A stretch of DNA of 64,000 nt from Escherichia coli (GCF_022846255.1 NZ_AP025682.1), one strand, 5' to 3'; positions 1-12,011 are shown, counted from the stretch's first letter. Notes: a model not told the origin generated them from the sequence alone. Translations and numbers: made by a program.

Positions 1-479
1 GCGTGCCGAGAAAGCAGAGAACAGGATAAGGAAGCTGTACCCAAAGCCAGAGTACACCAAGCCCAAACCACGTGAGCCAGTAGCGAGGATGCAGAAACTC
101 GCGGGAAAATTTGCATTTTGGAAACATAGTTACCTTCTGTAGATACGAATTGTTGTATCGCAGAAGATTCCATGTCGACAGCGGTACACTCAATTGATTA
201 GGCCATCATGTACGACAATGGTTCCTGTAAAGAGTGTAAAGACTAGTCAGGACATAACCACGAGGAGCATGAATGCGGTATCTGTACTTTATCACTCGCT
301 GACTGCTTTCAGCTACTGATTATTAATCGTGCAAAGTAAATATTTTTCCGTACGTAACAGTCTTGCATTTAACATGCTGTTTTGATTGATGCTTAGCAAA
401 AATTGCCAGAGGTTAAGGATTGTCTTACTATTAAAGTGACTGAAGTTACAGGTTTTTTAGCGCGGCAGGAGGTTGAGCT

Positions 480-722
480 ATGATTTATTTATGGATGTTT
501 CTCGCCCTGTGTATTGTCTGCGTAAGCGGATACATCGGTCAGGTACTGAACATGGTATCGGCGATCTCTTCTTTCTTCGGCATGGTGATCCTCGCTGCAC
601 TCATTTATTACTTCACCATGTGGTTAACTGGCGGTAATGAACTGGTGACGGGGATATTTATGTTTCTTGCCCCGGCTTGTGGCTTGATGATTCGCTTTAT
701 GGTGGGGTATGGCAGGCGATAG
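480..722 (+). CDS. yfdY: small inner-membrane protein YfdY
   Basis: 80-aa ORF with two hydrophobic helices; sequence and synteny match K-12 yfdY as recalled. Confidence 0.7.
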   Translation: MIYLWMFLALCIVCVSGYIGQVLNMVSAISSFFGMVILAALIYYFTMWLTGGNELVTGIFMFLAPACGLMIRFMVGYGRR

Positions 723-798
723 TGGGTCAGGATGGCTCATTTGGGCAGGTGTTCACATCAGCATCAGACATGATTGTTCACCTGCCAGGTGACAGACG

Positions 799-1074
799 CT
801 ATCGCAAAGGATGAATGAGATAATTCGCCTTTGTCGGATAAGTAGACGTGATGTCTTCTGTGAGGTTTAATGGTGGTGCATCTTCTCTCATCTTAAACAA
901 AATCGCCTGTGATGGCTGAAGTTTTGTAGAATGCGTTGTCGTCATCACTGACGTTTTTTCTGTCTCTTTATAGCTCGCCTCACTACCACCACCAGAAATA
1001 GAAAATGCAAAAACATTGCATGCCATAATAGAGACAAATAAAAATAAGCTAAAAAGCATTAAGTTTACTTTCAT
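799..1074 (-). CDS. ypdI: small lipoprotein YpdI
   Basis: 91-aa ORF with signal peptide and Cys after the hydrophobic core; position between yfdY and yfdX. Confidence 0.6.
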   Translation of the reverse strand: MKVNLMLFSLFLFVSIMACNVFAFSISGGGSEASYKETEKTSVMTTTHSTKLQPSQAILFKMREDAPPLNLTEDITSTYPTKANYLIHPLR

Positions 1075-1215
1075 AGAAAATATCCTGAAAATGGTTCACT
1101 GAAAACCTACGATGTTATGGCTGTATTTATATTTAATTAATCAGTATTTACATCGATATAATAAATGACATATCTTTGTGGTATATAAGAATAGTTCTCT
1201 GCGACAGGAAGCAGA

Positions 1216-1233
1216 TTCCTACAACTGTAAGAC
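1216..1233. promoter_or_regulatory. EvgA-box-like palindrome TTCCTACAACTGTAAGAC upstream of yfdX
   Basis: 17 of 18 match to the EvgA consensus TTCYTACA-NN-TGTARGAA; a second half-site TGTAAGA lies at 1264-1270. Confidence 0.5.
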
Positions 1234-1368
1234 TAAAAGCGGCTTTGCGATAATAACTACAGTTGTAAGATAACCCTTTCAAAATGTCCGTTGCTCTCTG
1301 ATTTCTCATTTCATGCTCACCCAATATGATGGCGGCGTTTTCTAAAACTGTTAAAGAATGAGGTAAGT

Positions 1369-2001
1369 ATGAAACGTTTAATTATGGCTACTATGGTCAC
1401 AGCAATTCTGGCATCTTCAACTGTATGGGCTGCTGATAATGCACCGGTAGCGGCACAACAGCAAACTCAGCAAGTTAAGCAAACCCAGAAAACGGCAGCA
1501 GCAGAGCGTATCTCTGAACAAGGTTTATATGCGATGCGTGACGTGCAGGTAGCGCGCCTGGCTCTGTTTCATGGCGATCCGGAAAAGGCAAAAGAACTGA
1601 CCAATGAAGCTTCCGCTTTGCTGTCAGATGATAGTACCGAATGGGCAAAGTTCGCTAAGCCAGGTAAAAAGACCAACGTCAATGATGACCAATATATTGT
1701 CATTAATGCATCTGTCGGAATTTCTGAGAGTTATGTAGCGACACCCGAAAAAGAAGCCGCGATAAAAATTGCCAACGAAAAAATGGCGAAAGGGGATAAA
1801 AAGGGTGCAATGGAAGAGCTTCGCCTGGCCGGTGTTGGTGTAATGGAAAACCAATATTTGATGCCGCTTAAACAGACTCGTAATGCACTTGCTGATGCGC
1901 AGAAACTGCTTGATAAAAAGCAATACTACGAGGCAAACCTGGCGCTTAAAGGTGCGGAAGATGGAATCATCGTTGATAGCGAAGCACTGTTTGTGAACTA
2001 A
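1369..2001 (+). CDS. yfdX: periplasmic protein YfdX (EvgA-regulated)
   Basis: 210-aa ORF with N-terminal signal peptide; synteny upstream of frc. Confidence 0.8.
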   Translation: MKRLIMATMVTAILASSTVWAADNAPVAAQQQTQQVKQTQKTAAAERISEQGLYAMRDVQVARLALFHGDPEKAKELTNEASALLSDDSTEWAKFAKPGKKTNVNDDQYIVINASVGISESYVATPEKEAAIKIANEKMAKGDKKGAMEELRLAGVGVMENQYLMPLKQTRNALADAQKLLDKKQYYEANLALKGAEDGIIVDSEALFVN

Positions 2002-2244
2002 ACCTGACAGGCAATATATTGAGGTAAAGGATTTAACTCCCTCCAGTCGACAATTTTTTATGACCACAATACGACAGGTTGTGGTCATAAAATTATTTGG
2101 CGCTCGCGGTGCTATAAACTCGCATTTTATCTTCCTCAAAGTAAACCGCAATAATCCCATATTATCACAAATCATTTATTATGTTATATTTTATGGTACG
2201 CTTTAAATAGTGTAATCATAACCTTACTTGTAAATCACTGACAC

Positions 2245-2262
2245 TTCTTACAGTTGTAAGAA
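2245..2262. promoter_or_regulatory. EvgA box, perfect palindrome TTCTTACAGTTGTAAGAA upstream of frc
   Basis: perfect 18-bp inverted repeat matching the EvgA binding consensus, about 250 bp upstream of the frc start. Confidence 0.6.
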
Positions 2263-2512
2263 TAACATCACAAATGTCGCGGCTCTCTCTGATTACCGCG
2301 AACCAATATTTATTATATTCTTCTTTTCGTCCTCACTACTTACCATGCAGAAAGGAATTGGAAGTAGCGATGAAATGATTTTCAGCACTTGATACAGGAA
2401 TTTAAAAATATCGAGTGCAGCTACGACGATATTTTGCAGATTATTTATAGAGGCGTTATGCCTTAAATAAACGCTAAATTAACACATATTTAATTAACTA
2501 ATAGGTATTGCT

Positions 2513-3763
2513 ATGTCAACTCCACTTCAAGGAATTAAAGTTCTCGATTTCACCGGTGTGCAATCTGGCCCATCTTGTACTCAAATGCTGGCCTGGTTTG
2601 GCGCTGACGTCATTAAAATTGAACGTCCCGGCGTTGGTGACGTAACGCGCCACCAGCTGCGAGATATTCCTGATATCGATGCGCTTTACTTCACCATGCT
2701 TAACAGTAACAAACGTTCTATTGAATTAAATACCAAAACAGCGGAAGGCAAAGAGGTAATGGAAAAGCTGATCCGCGAAGCTGATATCTTAGTCGAGAAC
2801 TTTCATCCAGGGGCCATTGATCATATGGGCTTCACCTGGGAGCATATTCAAGAAATCAATCCACGTCTGATTTTTGGTTCGATCAAAGGGTTTGATGAGT
2901 GTTCGCCTTATGTGAATGTAAAAGCCTATGAAAACGTTGCTCAGGCAGCGGGTGGCGCGGCATCTACTACAGGTTTTTGGGACGGTCCGCCGCTGGTAAG
3001 CGCTGCAGCGTTGGGTGACAGCAACACCGGAATGCATTTGCTGATCGGTTTACTTGCTGCTTTGCTGCATCGCGAAAAAACGGGGCGTGGGCAACGAGTC
3101 ACCATGTCAATGCAGGATGCCGTGTTGAACCTTTGCCGCGTGAAATTACGCGACCAGCAGCGTCTCGATAAGTTGGGGTATCTGGAAGAATACCCGCAGT
3201 ATCCGAATGGCACATTTGGTGATGCAGTTCCCCGCGGTGGTAATGCGGGTGGTGGCGGTCAGCCTGGCTGGATCCTGAAATGTAAAGGCTGGGAAACCGA
3301 TCCTAACGCCTATATTTATTTCACTATTCAGGAGCAAAACTGGGAAAACACCTGTAAAGCCATCGGCAAACCAGAATGGATTACCGATCCGGCATACAGT
3401 ACAGCCCATGCCCGACAGCCACATATTTTCGATATTTTTGCTGAAATCGAAAAATACACTGTCACTATTGATAAACATGAAGCTGTGGCCTATTTGACTC
3501 AGTTTGATATTCCTTGTGCACCGGTTTTAAGTATGAAAGAAATTTCACTTGATCCCTCTTTGCGCCAAAGTGGCAGTGTTGTCGAAGTGGAACAACCGTT
3601 GCGTGGAAAATATCTGACAGTTGGTTGTCCAATGAAATTCTCTGCCTTTACGCCGGATATTAAAGCTGCTCCGCTATTAGGTGAACATACCGCTGCTGTA
3701 TTGCAGGAGCTGGGTTATAGCGACGATGAAATTGCTGCAATGAAGCAAAACCACGCCATCTGA
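2513..3763 (+). CDS. frc: formyl-CoA:oxalate CoA-transferase
   Basis: 416-aa family III CoA-transferase matching E. coli Frc (YfdW) over full length as recalled. Confidence 0.95.
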
Positions 3764-3816
3764 TATTAACGGGGGCTTCTGGCTCCCAATTTATAAAAAT
3801 TTCGAGGTTATTAATC

Positions 3817-5511
3817 ATGTCAGATCAACTTCAAATGACAGATGGTATGCATATCATCGTTGAAGCATTAAAACAGAATAATATTGACACTATTTATGGT
3901 GTTGTAGGTATTCCTGTGACGGATATGGCGCGCCATGCCCAGGCGGAAGGCATTCGTTATATTGGTTTTCGTCATGAGCAGTCGGCAGGCTATGCCGCTG
4001 CAGCAAGCGGTTTTCTTACCCAAAAACCAGGGATCTGCCTGACAGTGTCTGCGCCAGGATTCCTCAATGGTTTGACCGCATTGGCCAATGCAACGGTAAA
4101 TGGTTTTCCGATGATCATGATTAGCGGCTCCAGCGACCGCGCGATCGTCGATCTCCAGCAAGGTGATTATGAAGAGCTGGACCAAATGAATGCGGCAAAA
4201 CCGTATGCCAAAGCAGCATTTCGCGTTAATCAGCCGCAGGATCTTGGCATTGCATTGGCACGCGCTATCCGGGTCTCAGTATCGGGTCGTCCTGGCGGTG
4301 TTTATCTTGATTTGCCAGCAAATGTCCTGGCCGCGACGATGGAAAAAGACGAAGCGTTAACCACGATTGTTAAAGTTGAAAATCCGTCGCCAGCATTATT
4401 GCCATGCCCGAAGTCAGTCACTAGCGCAATTTCGCTTTTAGCAAAAGCTGAACGACCATTAATTATCCTTGGCAAAGGCGCGGCGTATTCACAATCTGAT
4501 GAACAGCTTCGTGAATTTATTGAAAGTGCCCAGATTCCATTCCTGCCAATGTCTATGGCGAAAGGGATCCTCGAAGATACGCATCCACTTTCTGCGGCAG
4601 CTGCGCGTTCGTTTGCCCTGGCAAATGCTGACGTTGTCATGCTTGTTGGTGCACGACTGAATTGGTTACTGGCACACGGTAAAAAAGGATGGGCGGCAGA
4701 TACACAGTTTATTCAACTGGATATTGAACCGCAGGAAATTGACAGCAACCGCCCCATTGCTGTGCCAGTCGTTGGCGATATTGCATCCAGTATGCAAGGT
4801 ATGCTGGCAGAATTGAAACAAAACACATTTACGACTCCACTGGTGTGGCGCGATATTTTAAATATCCACAAGCAGCAAAATGCACAAAAAATGCATGAAA
4901 AGTTAAGTACAGATACCCAACCATTAAATTACTTTAATGCATTGAGTGCTGTGCGCGATGTTTTGCGCGAGAACCAGGATATTTATTTAGTTAATGAAGG
5001 GGCAAATACCCTGGATAATGCACGAAATATTATTGATATGTATAAACCACGTCGTCGTCTGGATTGTGGCACCTGGGGTGTCATGGGCATCGGTATGGGC
5101 TATGCCATCGGTGCTAGCGTGACCTCTGGTTCTCCGGTTGTCGCTATTGAAGGTGATAGTGCTTTTGGTTTCAGTGGGATGGAGATTGAAACGATTTGTC
5201 GATATAACCTGCCGGTGACGATCGTTATTTTTAATAATGGCGGCATCTACAGAGGAGACGGTGTTGACCTCAGCGGCGCTGGTGCACCATCGCCAACGGA
5301 TCTGTTGCACCATGCAAGGTATGACAAATTAATGGATGCGTTTCGTGGCGTTGGCTATAACGTCACCACGACAGATGAACTTCGTCATGCTTTAACCACC
5401 GGAATTCAGTCGCGCAAACCGACCATTATTAATGTGGTCATCGACCCAGCAGCAGGAACTGAAAGTGGCCATATTACCAAACTTAACCCAAAACAAGTCG
5501 CTGGTAATTAA
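3817..5511 (+). CDS. oxc: oxalyl-CoA decarboxylase (TPP-dependent)
   Basis: 564-aa ORF with thiamine-diphosphate motif GDSAFGFSGMEIETICRYNLPVTIVIFNNGG; synteny. Confidence 0.95.
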   Translation: MSDQLQMTDGMHIIVEALKQNNIDTIYGVVGIPVTDMARHAQAEGIRYIGFRHEQSAGYAAAASGFLTQKPGICLTVSAPGFLNGLTALANATVNGFPMIMISGSSDRAIVDLQQGDYEELDQMNAAKPYAKAAFRVNQPQDLGIALARAIRVSVSGRPGGVYLDLPANVLAATMEKDEALTTIVKVENPSPALLPCPKSVTSAISLLAKAERPLIILGKGAAYSQSDEQLREFIESAQIPFLPMSMAKGILEDTHPLSAAAARSFALANADVVMLVGARLNWLLAHGKKGWAADTQFIQLDIEPQEIDSNRPIAVPVVGDIASSMQGMLAELKQNTFTTPLVWRDILNIHKQQNAQKMHEKLSTDTQPLNYFNALSAVRDVLRENQDIYLVNEGANTLDNARNIIDMYKPRRRLDCGTWGVMGIGMGYAIGASVTSGSPVVAIEGDSAFGFSGMEIETICRYNLPVTIVIFNNGGIYRGDGVDLSGAGAPSPTDLLHHARYDKLMDAFRGVGYNVTTTDELRHALTTGIQSRKPTIINVVIDPAAGTESGHITKLNPKQVAGN

Positions 5512-5580
5512 ATACTGACATCGTCTCCTCTTGCCAACTTATTATGCGATGGTGAGGGGACCCTTATCGGAAATACTATT

Positions 5581-6525
5581 ATGCTAACATTTTTTATTGG
5601 CGATTTATTGCCTATTATCGTAATCATGCTGTTGGGTTATTTTAGCGGCAGACGAGAAACTTTTTCAGAAGATCAAGCCCGGGCATTTAATAAACTGGTA
5701 TTAAACTACGCTCTTCCTGCGGCTCTATTTGTTTCTATTACCAGGGCAAACAGGGAAATGATTTTTGCGGACACTCGCCTGACCCTTGTATCACTTGTGG
5801 TTATTGTCGGATGTTTCTTTTTCTCCTGGTTCGGTTGCTACAAATTTTTTAAACGTACCCATGCAGAAGCAGCAGTATGTGCATTAATTGCAGGTTCACC
5901 TACCATTGGATTCCTGGGGTTTGCAGTTCTCGATCCTATTTATGGTGATTCCGTATCAACAGGTTTAGTGGTAGCAATTATTTCTATTATTGTTAACGCA
6001 ATTACTATTCCTATTGGTCTGTATTTGCTGAATCCTTCCTCAGGAGCGGATGGTAAGAAGAATAGTAATCTGAGCGCATTAATTTCTGCGGCAAAGGAGC
6101 CAGTAGTATGGGCACCTGTTCTGGCAACGATCCTGGTGCTGGTTGGGGTAAAAATTCCGGCAGCATGGGACCCAACCTTTAATCTGATTGCGAAGGCTAA
6201 CTCAGGGGTAGCGGTATTCGCTGCGGGGTTGACTCTGGCTGCACATAAATTCGAGTTCAGTGCCGAAATTGCTTATAACACTTTCCTGAAGCTGATTCTG
6301 ATGCCACTGGCGCTGCTTCTCGTCGGTATGGCATGTCATTTGAATAGCGAACATTTGCAGATGATGGTACTGGCAGGCGCATTACCGCCGGCATTCTCCG
6401 GAATCATTATTGCCAGCCGGTTTAATGTCTACACCCGCACTGGTACAGCGTCATTGGCTGTGAGCGTACTGGGTTTTGTCGTCACGGCTCCTTTGTGGAT
6501 TTATGTCAGTCGACTGGTTTCATAA
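5581..6525 (+). CDS. yfdV: AEC-family membrane transporter
   Basis: 314-aa polytopic membrane protein; synteny between oxc and yfdE. Confidence 0.85.
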
Positions 6526-6597
6526 TTAATCATGTTATTGATTTTACATAAATGCCGAAGTGTCTTTTCACCTTCGGCTTTTTCAAGGCATAAGCAA

Positions 6598-7743
6598 ATG
6601 ACAAATAATGAATGCAAAGGGCCGTTTGAAGGCTTATTAGTTATCGATATGACGCATGTCCTTAATGGGCCTTTCGGAACTCAACTTCTTTGTAATATGG
6701 GTGCAAGGGTAATTAAAGTTGAGCCGCCGGGTCATGGTGATGATACCCGCACATTTGGTCCCTATGTGGATGGACAGTCACTCTATTACAGTTTTATTAA
6801 TCATGGCAAAGAGAGTGTGGTTCTTGATTTAAAGAATGATCACGATAAAAGTATATTTATAAATATGCTTAAACAAGCTGATGTATTAGCTGAGAATTTT
6901 CGCCCAGGTACAATGGAAAAACTCGGGTTTTCATGGGAAAGGTTACAAGAAATCAACCCGCGCCTTATATATGCTTCATCGTCAGGTTTCGGACATACCG
7001 GTCCGCTAAAAGATGCTCCTGCCTACGATACCATCATTCAGGCAATGAGCGGGATAATGATGGAAACAGGATACCCTGATGCTCCGCCAGTGCGCGTTGG
7101 TACCTCTCTTGCGGATCTCTGTGGCGGTGTTTATTTATTCGGTGGAATAGTGAGTGCACTTTATGGCCGCGAAAAGAGCCAGAGAGGTGCGCATGTCGAT
7201 ATAGCGATGTTTGATGCCACTCTGAGTTTTCTGGAGCATGGACTGATGGCATATATCGCGACTGGGAAGTCACCACAACGCCTGGGAAATCGCCATCCCT
7301 ACATGGCACCTTTTGATGTTTTCGATACTCAGGATAAGCCGATTACGATTTGTTGTGGTAATGACAAGCTTTTTTCTGCGTTATGCCAGGCACTGGAGCT
7401 TACGGAACTGGTTAATGATCCCCGATTTAGCAGCAATATTTTACGCGTACATAACCAGGCTATTCTTAAAGAATATATTGAGCGGACGTTAAAAACGCAG
7501 GTAGCTGAAGTTTGGTTAGCCAGAATACATGAAGTTGGTGTGCCCGTCGCGCCGTTATTAAGTGTGGCTGAGGCCATTAATTTACCACAAACTCAGGCGA
7601 GAAATATGTTGATTGAAGCCGGGGGAATAATGATGCCGGGTAATCCGATAAAAATCAGCGGCTGCGCGGACCCGCATGTTATGCCGGGAGCGGCAACGCT
7701 CGACCAGCATGGGGAACAAATTCGCCAGGAGTTCTCATCATAA
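6598..7743 (+). CDS. yfdE: acetyl-CoA:oxalate CoA-transferase
   Basis: family III CoA-transferase paralog of Frc; start placed at MTNNECKGPF (381 aa) rather than the upstream ORF start at 6532. Confidence 0.9.
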   Translation: MTNNECKGPFEGLLVIDMTHVLNGPFGTQLLCNMGARVIKVEPPGHGDDTRTFGPYVDGQSLYYSFINHGKESVVLDLKNDHDKSIFINMLKQADVLAENFRPGTMEKLGFSWERLQEINPRLIYASSSGFGHTGPLKDAPAYDTIIQAMSGIMMETGYPDAPPVRVGTSLADLCGGVYLFGGIVSALYGREKSQRGAHVDIAMFDATLSFLEHGLMAYIATGKSPQRLGNRHPYMAPFDVFDTQDKPITICCGNDKLFSALCQALELTELVNDPRFSSNILRVHNQAILKEYIERTLKTQVAEVWLARIHEVGVPVAPLLSVAEAINLPQTQARNMLIEAGGIMMPGNPIKISGCADPHVMPGAATLDQHGEQIRQEFSS

Positions 7744-7765
7744 ATGTAAGATGTGCTGGTAAATA

Positions 7766-7792
7766 GCTCCCACATTTGAACATTGTGGGAGC
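7766..7792. terminator. hairpin between convergent yfdE and evgS
   Basis: 9-bp stem GCTCCCACA / TGTGGGAGC with 9-nt loop in the 55-bp gap between two convergent genes. Confidence 0.5.
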
Positions 7793-7798
7793 CGCTAT

Positions 7799-10700
7799 TT
7801 AGTCATTTTGCTGACAGAAAACAGTAATCTCCTGGTCCAGCTCTGCAATGTGTTCTTTTACAGAGTTCAGCAACTGAAGAATTTCAGGCTTACTGTCATC
7901 TGAAACAGGTGTTATTTCTAACTGGTGGCTAATATTAATCAACTTTTGCAAATTCAGGATGTTAGCCGCACCGTGGATGCGATGAATACACTGATGGAAA
8001 GTTCTGTTATCGCCAGCTTCTAGTGCATGAAACGCAGCGGGTAGATCTTTATGCGTTTCATGCTGGAAAGTCATGAGAATCTCCTGCATCAGTTGTAGAT
8101 CATTCGCCGTATTATTCTTCAGGGCCTCGATATCAAGGTGGCGATACTGAGGTGCAATATGCGCAACCTGGTGTAACTGACTTAAATGTGTTTTCAGTAC
8201 ATCCAGAGTCAACGGTTTGAACAAACATAAGTTCATGCCGCAATTTAACCCTTTTTCACGTTCGTTAGCCTGTGCGTTGGCTGTAAGCCCCCAGATGGGT
8301 AAGGAAGAATTTTGCTCACGGAGTTTGCGAGTCAACTCAAAACCATCCATATTCGGCATATTAACGTCAGTAATAAGCAGATCATAATGTTGCATACTGA
8401 CTTTGTGTAGCGCTTGCACACCATCAGTGGCTTCATCAACATCATATCCTAATAGATTTAGCTGGCGTTTGAGTAATAGCCTGTTGGTCGGATGATCATC
8501 CGCGATTAATATGCTCAACTTTTCAGGGAGTGTTATAGGTTGTTCTGCTTTTGCCTCGACAGCCGCCACTTGTTGGGTAATTTCTACCGGGATTGTGATC
8601 GTAAATATCGTTCCTATGCCTGGATGACTTTCTAATGACAAATCGCCCTGCATGTTTTTAATTAATTCTTTGCAGATCATTAAGCCTAAACCAGAACCTG
8701 TTTGCTGACGACCTGCACTTGTTTGGCTATAGCGTTTAAACAGTTGTTGTTGTTCTTCCTGAGATAATCCACTTCCAGAATCCATAATCGTCATTTTGAT
8801 AACAGCGTGGTTGTCATCAATGTGACCCAGGGAGGTCGTAATTTTTACTGCCCCCTCGGTAGTAAATTTGAGAGCATTACTCAGTAAATTAGATAAGACC
8901 TGCTTAAACGCCTGAGGGTCGATCTTAACCAGGTAGCGTTCAGGAAGCGTACTGCTGCAACTTAATGCGATCGATTTGCTTGCAGCAATCGCAGCGAAAG
9001 AGTGACAAGTGTTCTGGACTAAAGTAGGGATATCGACCCATTGTGGTTGAAGTTGATAGTTACCCGATTCAATTTTGTCGACATCAAGGATTTCACCAAT
9101 TAAGCCGAGGAGTGATTGTCCGGTGGCGTAGGCAAGTGAAATCGCCTCCACCCGTTGTTCCTTGCTAAGACCAGAACCCGACAGTAGTTCCAGGAAGCCC
9201 ATAATGGAGCTTATTGGTGTTCTTATTTCGTGACTCATTGTTGCCAGAAACTGGCTTTTTGCGACAGTTGCATTGATCGCTTTATTTCTCTCTACTTCGA
9301 GTGCATGAATTAAATCACGCGTCTCGGTAATATCTTGCCAACCACAAATATAAACAGCATGTTCGCTTGCTGGCAGATTACATAAGGTATGCCAGTGATT
9401 AATGCATCTTTTCTCGATGCCATTATCAATTTCAAATACCTGTGTGTATATTGTTCGGTTTTCTTTCGTTTCTGCTGTGACTTCATGCGTATTAGAAAAA
9501 ACATCTTTAAAGGGGGATTCACTGTTTTCTAATGGTAACATTGCATTTTTATAGTAATCAGCAGTGAAATAATGTTCAAATGCACTATTGTGACTAATGA
9601 CATTACCTTGCCAGTTTACAACATAAGTTGGATTCGGTAAGGAATCCGAGAGCGCTTTCCGGAATGATATTTGGTTTTCTAAATCACCCTGAATAACTTT
9701 ACGACGACGAACTGAGCGTAACAGGTAGAATCCCCATAAAAGGCTACTGCCAACTAATAAAACGGATAATGTCGTAACAATATAAAATTGCTCGCTATAG
9801 AGGTCCCATGTGTCAATGGTCACATTGGGCATTTTAATCCATTTTTCGGTCAGGCGCAGAACTTCGCTTGGGGGAATTGCATTCAGTGCTTTATTAATAA
9901 TATCCTTAAGTTCCGGTTCTCCGCGAGGAAAAGCGAACGAAAGTGATGCATTCTGAACGCCGGGAATAAGAAAATGATAAAGTTCATTAGGATAGTAATG
10001 GTCGATCATGTAACGCGAATTTAACTGTGTCGCGACCAGAGCATCAAGTTCACCTTCCTTGACCTTGTGAAATGCAGCGCTGGCGTTATCGACTTTTATC
10101 CACTCTACCTCCGGATACATCTCTTTTAATTGCGAATGAAGCTCATAATAATATGGAATGGCAACTTTCATTCCTTTTTTTAATGTTTGTTCACTGTCAG
10201 GCGCTTTTTGCATGACAAAAACGTAAGGCGTTGTTATGAAGACTTCAGCAAATGAAACATTATTTTCTCGATCTTCACTATAAATAGCGGCGGGCAATAT
10301 ATCCCATCCACCGGGGTTAAGCTGTGTCCCAGCATGAATATTATGTGAAACGGTGATCGGAGAAAAATTTAAACCTGTTTGCAAGGTAATAATATTAAGA
10401 ATATCACCCATCACGCCCCGAACTGAGCCAGTTTCATCTGTCATAGAATAGGGTGGCGAGTAAGGATTTTCCAGCACCTTTAAATCGGGATGCTGCTTAA
10501 TCCACTGTTTTTCATGTTCAGTGAGTTCTAATGGTTTGTTCAGAAAGGCCAGGTTTCCTGTATCAAGCCAATTTTGTGATACTTCATAGCGAACTTCATT
10601 TGTTAAAGCATCAACAAATCGATTGAGTACTTCATTAAGAACGATTGAATCTTTTCTGGTTAATAAAAAGTTAAATTGACGCGGTGAGTTATAATACTTC

Positions 10701-11392
10701 ACTACATTTAAGGAGTGAGTAAAATAACGGGAAATCATACTGCTGGTAATGATGTTACTACCAATAAAGTAATCATTCTGTCCGGCTGAGACGGATGCTA
10801 ATGCCTGATATAAATTTGTAAAAGAGATAATTGTTGCTTTTGGAAATGATTGATGAATTACCTCGTCTGGGGGATAATTTGCTACTCGAGCAATATTTAC
10901 TGGTTTTGATGAGGTAAGCGGTCGCATTGAATCGTGAAGGGTAGTGACCAGCGCCGGAAAGGTAATTATCAGAGGATTAGTTGCAGCAATGTCATCATTA
11001 AGAGGCGGCGAAGCAACTAAATGTGATAACACTATATCAACTTCACCGTCTTCCAGCGCGTCCATTGCTTTTTGATGATCTGCGTATTCCCGGAGTGTTA
11101 ATTTGATATTTAACGCTCTTTTTAAAAGATTTAAATAATCAGCATTAATACCACGAATCCGTTGCTGCGAATCGGTATGCAACAACGTAGCTGTTTGGGA
11201 CTTGTGTACTGCAATCACAAGATTTTTTTTGCTCGCGAGCCAACGTAATTCCTTGTTGCTCAGACGTAGTGGATCAAGTGTGACACGGTTGTTACTACTG
11301 ATGCCACGATATTCGATGTAATCTCCGTCTGCGAAACTTATGGTCGACCAAAGACCACAACAGAGAAGAAAAATATAGGGTAAAAACTTCAT
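7799..11392 (-). CDS. evgS: hybrid sensor histidine kinase EvgS
   Basis: 1197 aa; periplasmic solute-binding-like domains, HisKA/HATPase, receiver and HPt domains. Confidence 0.95.
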   Translation of the reverse strand: MKFLPYIFLLCCGLWSTISFADGDYIEYRGISSNNRVTLDPLRLSNKELRWLASKKNLVIAVHKSQTATLLHTDSQQRIRGINADYLNLLKRALNIKLTLREYADHQKAMDALEDGEVDIVLSHLVASPPLNDDIAATNPLIITFPALVTTLHDSMRPLTSSKPVNIARVANYPPDEVIHQSFPKATIISFTNLYQALASVSAGQNDYFIGSNIITSSMISRYFTHSLNVVKYYNSPRQFNFLLTRKDSIVLNEVLNRFVDALTNEVRYEVSQNWLDTGNLAFLNKPLELTEHEKQWIKQHPDLKVLENPYSPPYSMTDETGSVRGVMGDILNIITLQTGLNFSPITVSHNIHAGTQLNPGGWDILPAAIYSEDRENNVSFAEVFITTPYVFVMQKAPDSEQTLKKGMKVAIPYYYELHSQLKEMYPEVEWIKVDNASAAFHKVKEGELDALVATQLNSRYMIDHYYPNELYHFLIPGVQNASLSFAFPRGEPELKDIINKALNAIPPSEVLRLTEKWIKMPNVTIDTWDLYSEQFYIVTTLSVLLVGSSLLWGFYLLRSVRRRKVIQGDLENQISFRKALSDSLPNPTYVVNWQGNVISHNSAFEHYFTADYYKNAMLPLENSESPFKDVFSNTHEVTAETKENRTIYTQVFEIDNGIEKRCINHWHTLCNLPASEHAVYICGWQDITETRDLIHALEVERNKAINATVAKSQFLATMSHEIRTPISSIMGFLELLSGSGLSKEQRVEAISLAYATGQSLLGLIGEILDVDKIESGNYQLQPQWVDIPTLVQNTCHSFAAIAASKSIALSCSSTLPERYLVKIDPQAFKQVLSNLLSNALKFTTEGAVKITTSLGHIDDNHAVIKMTIMDSGSGLSQEEQQQLFKRYSQTSAGRQQTGSGLGLMICKELIKNMQGDLSLESHPGIGTIFTITIPVEITQQVAAVEAKAEQPITLPEKLSILIADDHPTNRLLLKRQLNLLGYDVDEATDGVQALHKVSMQHYDLLITDVNMPNMDGFELTRKLREQNSSLPIWGLTANAQANEREKGLNCGMNLCLFKPLTLDVLKTHLSQLHQVAHIAPQYRHLDIEALKNNTANDLQLMQEILMTFQHETHKDLPAAFHALEAGDNRTFHQCIHRIHGAANILNLQKLINISHQLEITPVSDDSKPEILQLLNSVKEHIAELDQEITVFCQQND

Positions 11393-11396
11393 GTGG

Positions 11397-12011
11397 TTAG
11401 CCGATTTTGTTACGTTGTGCGAATGTGTAAAGATCCATCAGTGATTTGCATTCTAATTTTTCCATCAAGCGACTTTTATAAGTGCTGACAGTTTTGTTGC
11501 TGATGAACATTTTTTCAGCAATGTCATTATTATCCTTGCCATCAAGAATATACCGCATGACACTAATTTCTTGTTTCGATAAGGAGTCGAGTTTTTGCTG
11601 GTCGGACGTTAAACTTCCAACAAACCGGTTGAGAGAGAAGGGGAAATAGCAGTAGCCATTTTTTGCAGCTTCAATAGCTGCAATGATATTGTTCATGCCT
11701 TCTTTTTTACTCACGAAACCATTAGCGCCAGCATCAGCACAATGTTTCCCGTAAAAATGGTCATTTTTAGCGGAGACAATAATAATAATTCCGCTATATT
11801 GGCGCTTTCTCAGCGTTTCTAACACCTGGATACCGTTAACTCCGGGGATATCGACATCAATGATGACGATATCAGGCTTAAGTGTTTCCACCCGCTGAAC
11901 GGCGCTTCCGCCTTCAGTCAACTCTGCTAAGATTTCAATATCGTTTTTGATCAATAAATTACGAATTGCTGCGATAGCAAGAGGATGGTCATCAATAATT
12001 ATTGCGTTCAT
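11397..12011 (-). CDS. evgA: response regulator EvgA (NarL/FixJ family)
   Basis: 204 aa; receiver domain plus C-terminal LuxR-type HTH; immediately upstream of evgS. Confidence 0.95.
   Translation of the reverse strand: MNAIIIDDHPLAIAAIRNLLIKNDIEILAELTEGGSAVQRVETLKPDIVIIDVDIPGVNGIQVLETLRKRQYSGIIIIVSAKNDHFYGKHCADAGANGFVSKKEGMNNIIAAIEAAKNGYCYFPFSLNRFVGSLTSDQQKLDSLSKQEISVMRYILDGKDNNDIAEKMFISNKTVSTYKSRLMEKLECKSLMDLYTFAQRNKIG

Noticed and set aside
2054-2088. Terminator after yfdX (10-bp stem ATGACCACAA / TTGTGGTCAT)
   Set aside because: The T-run precedes rather than follows the stem on the plus strand, and yfdX-frc are thought to be co-regulated; kept only as an unassigned hairpin.
6532-6597. 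N-terminal extension of yfdE from the ORF-track start
   Set aside because: The extension begins 7 nt after the yfdV stop with no RBS; the internal Met matches the conserved CoA-transferase N-terminus.
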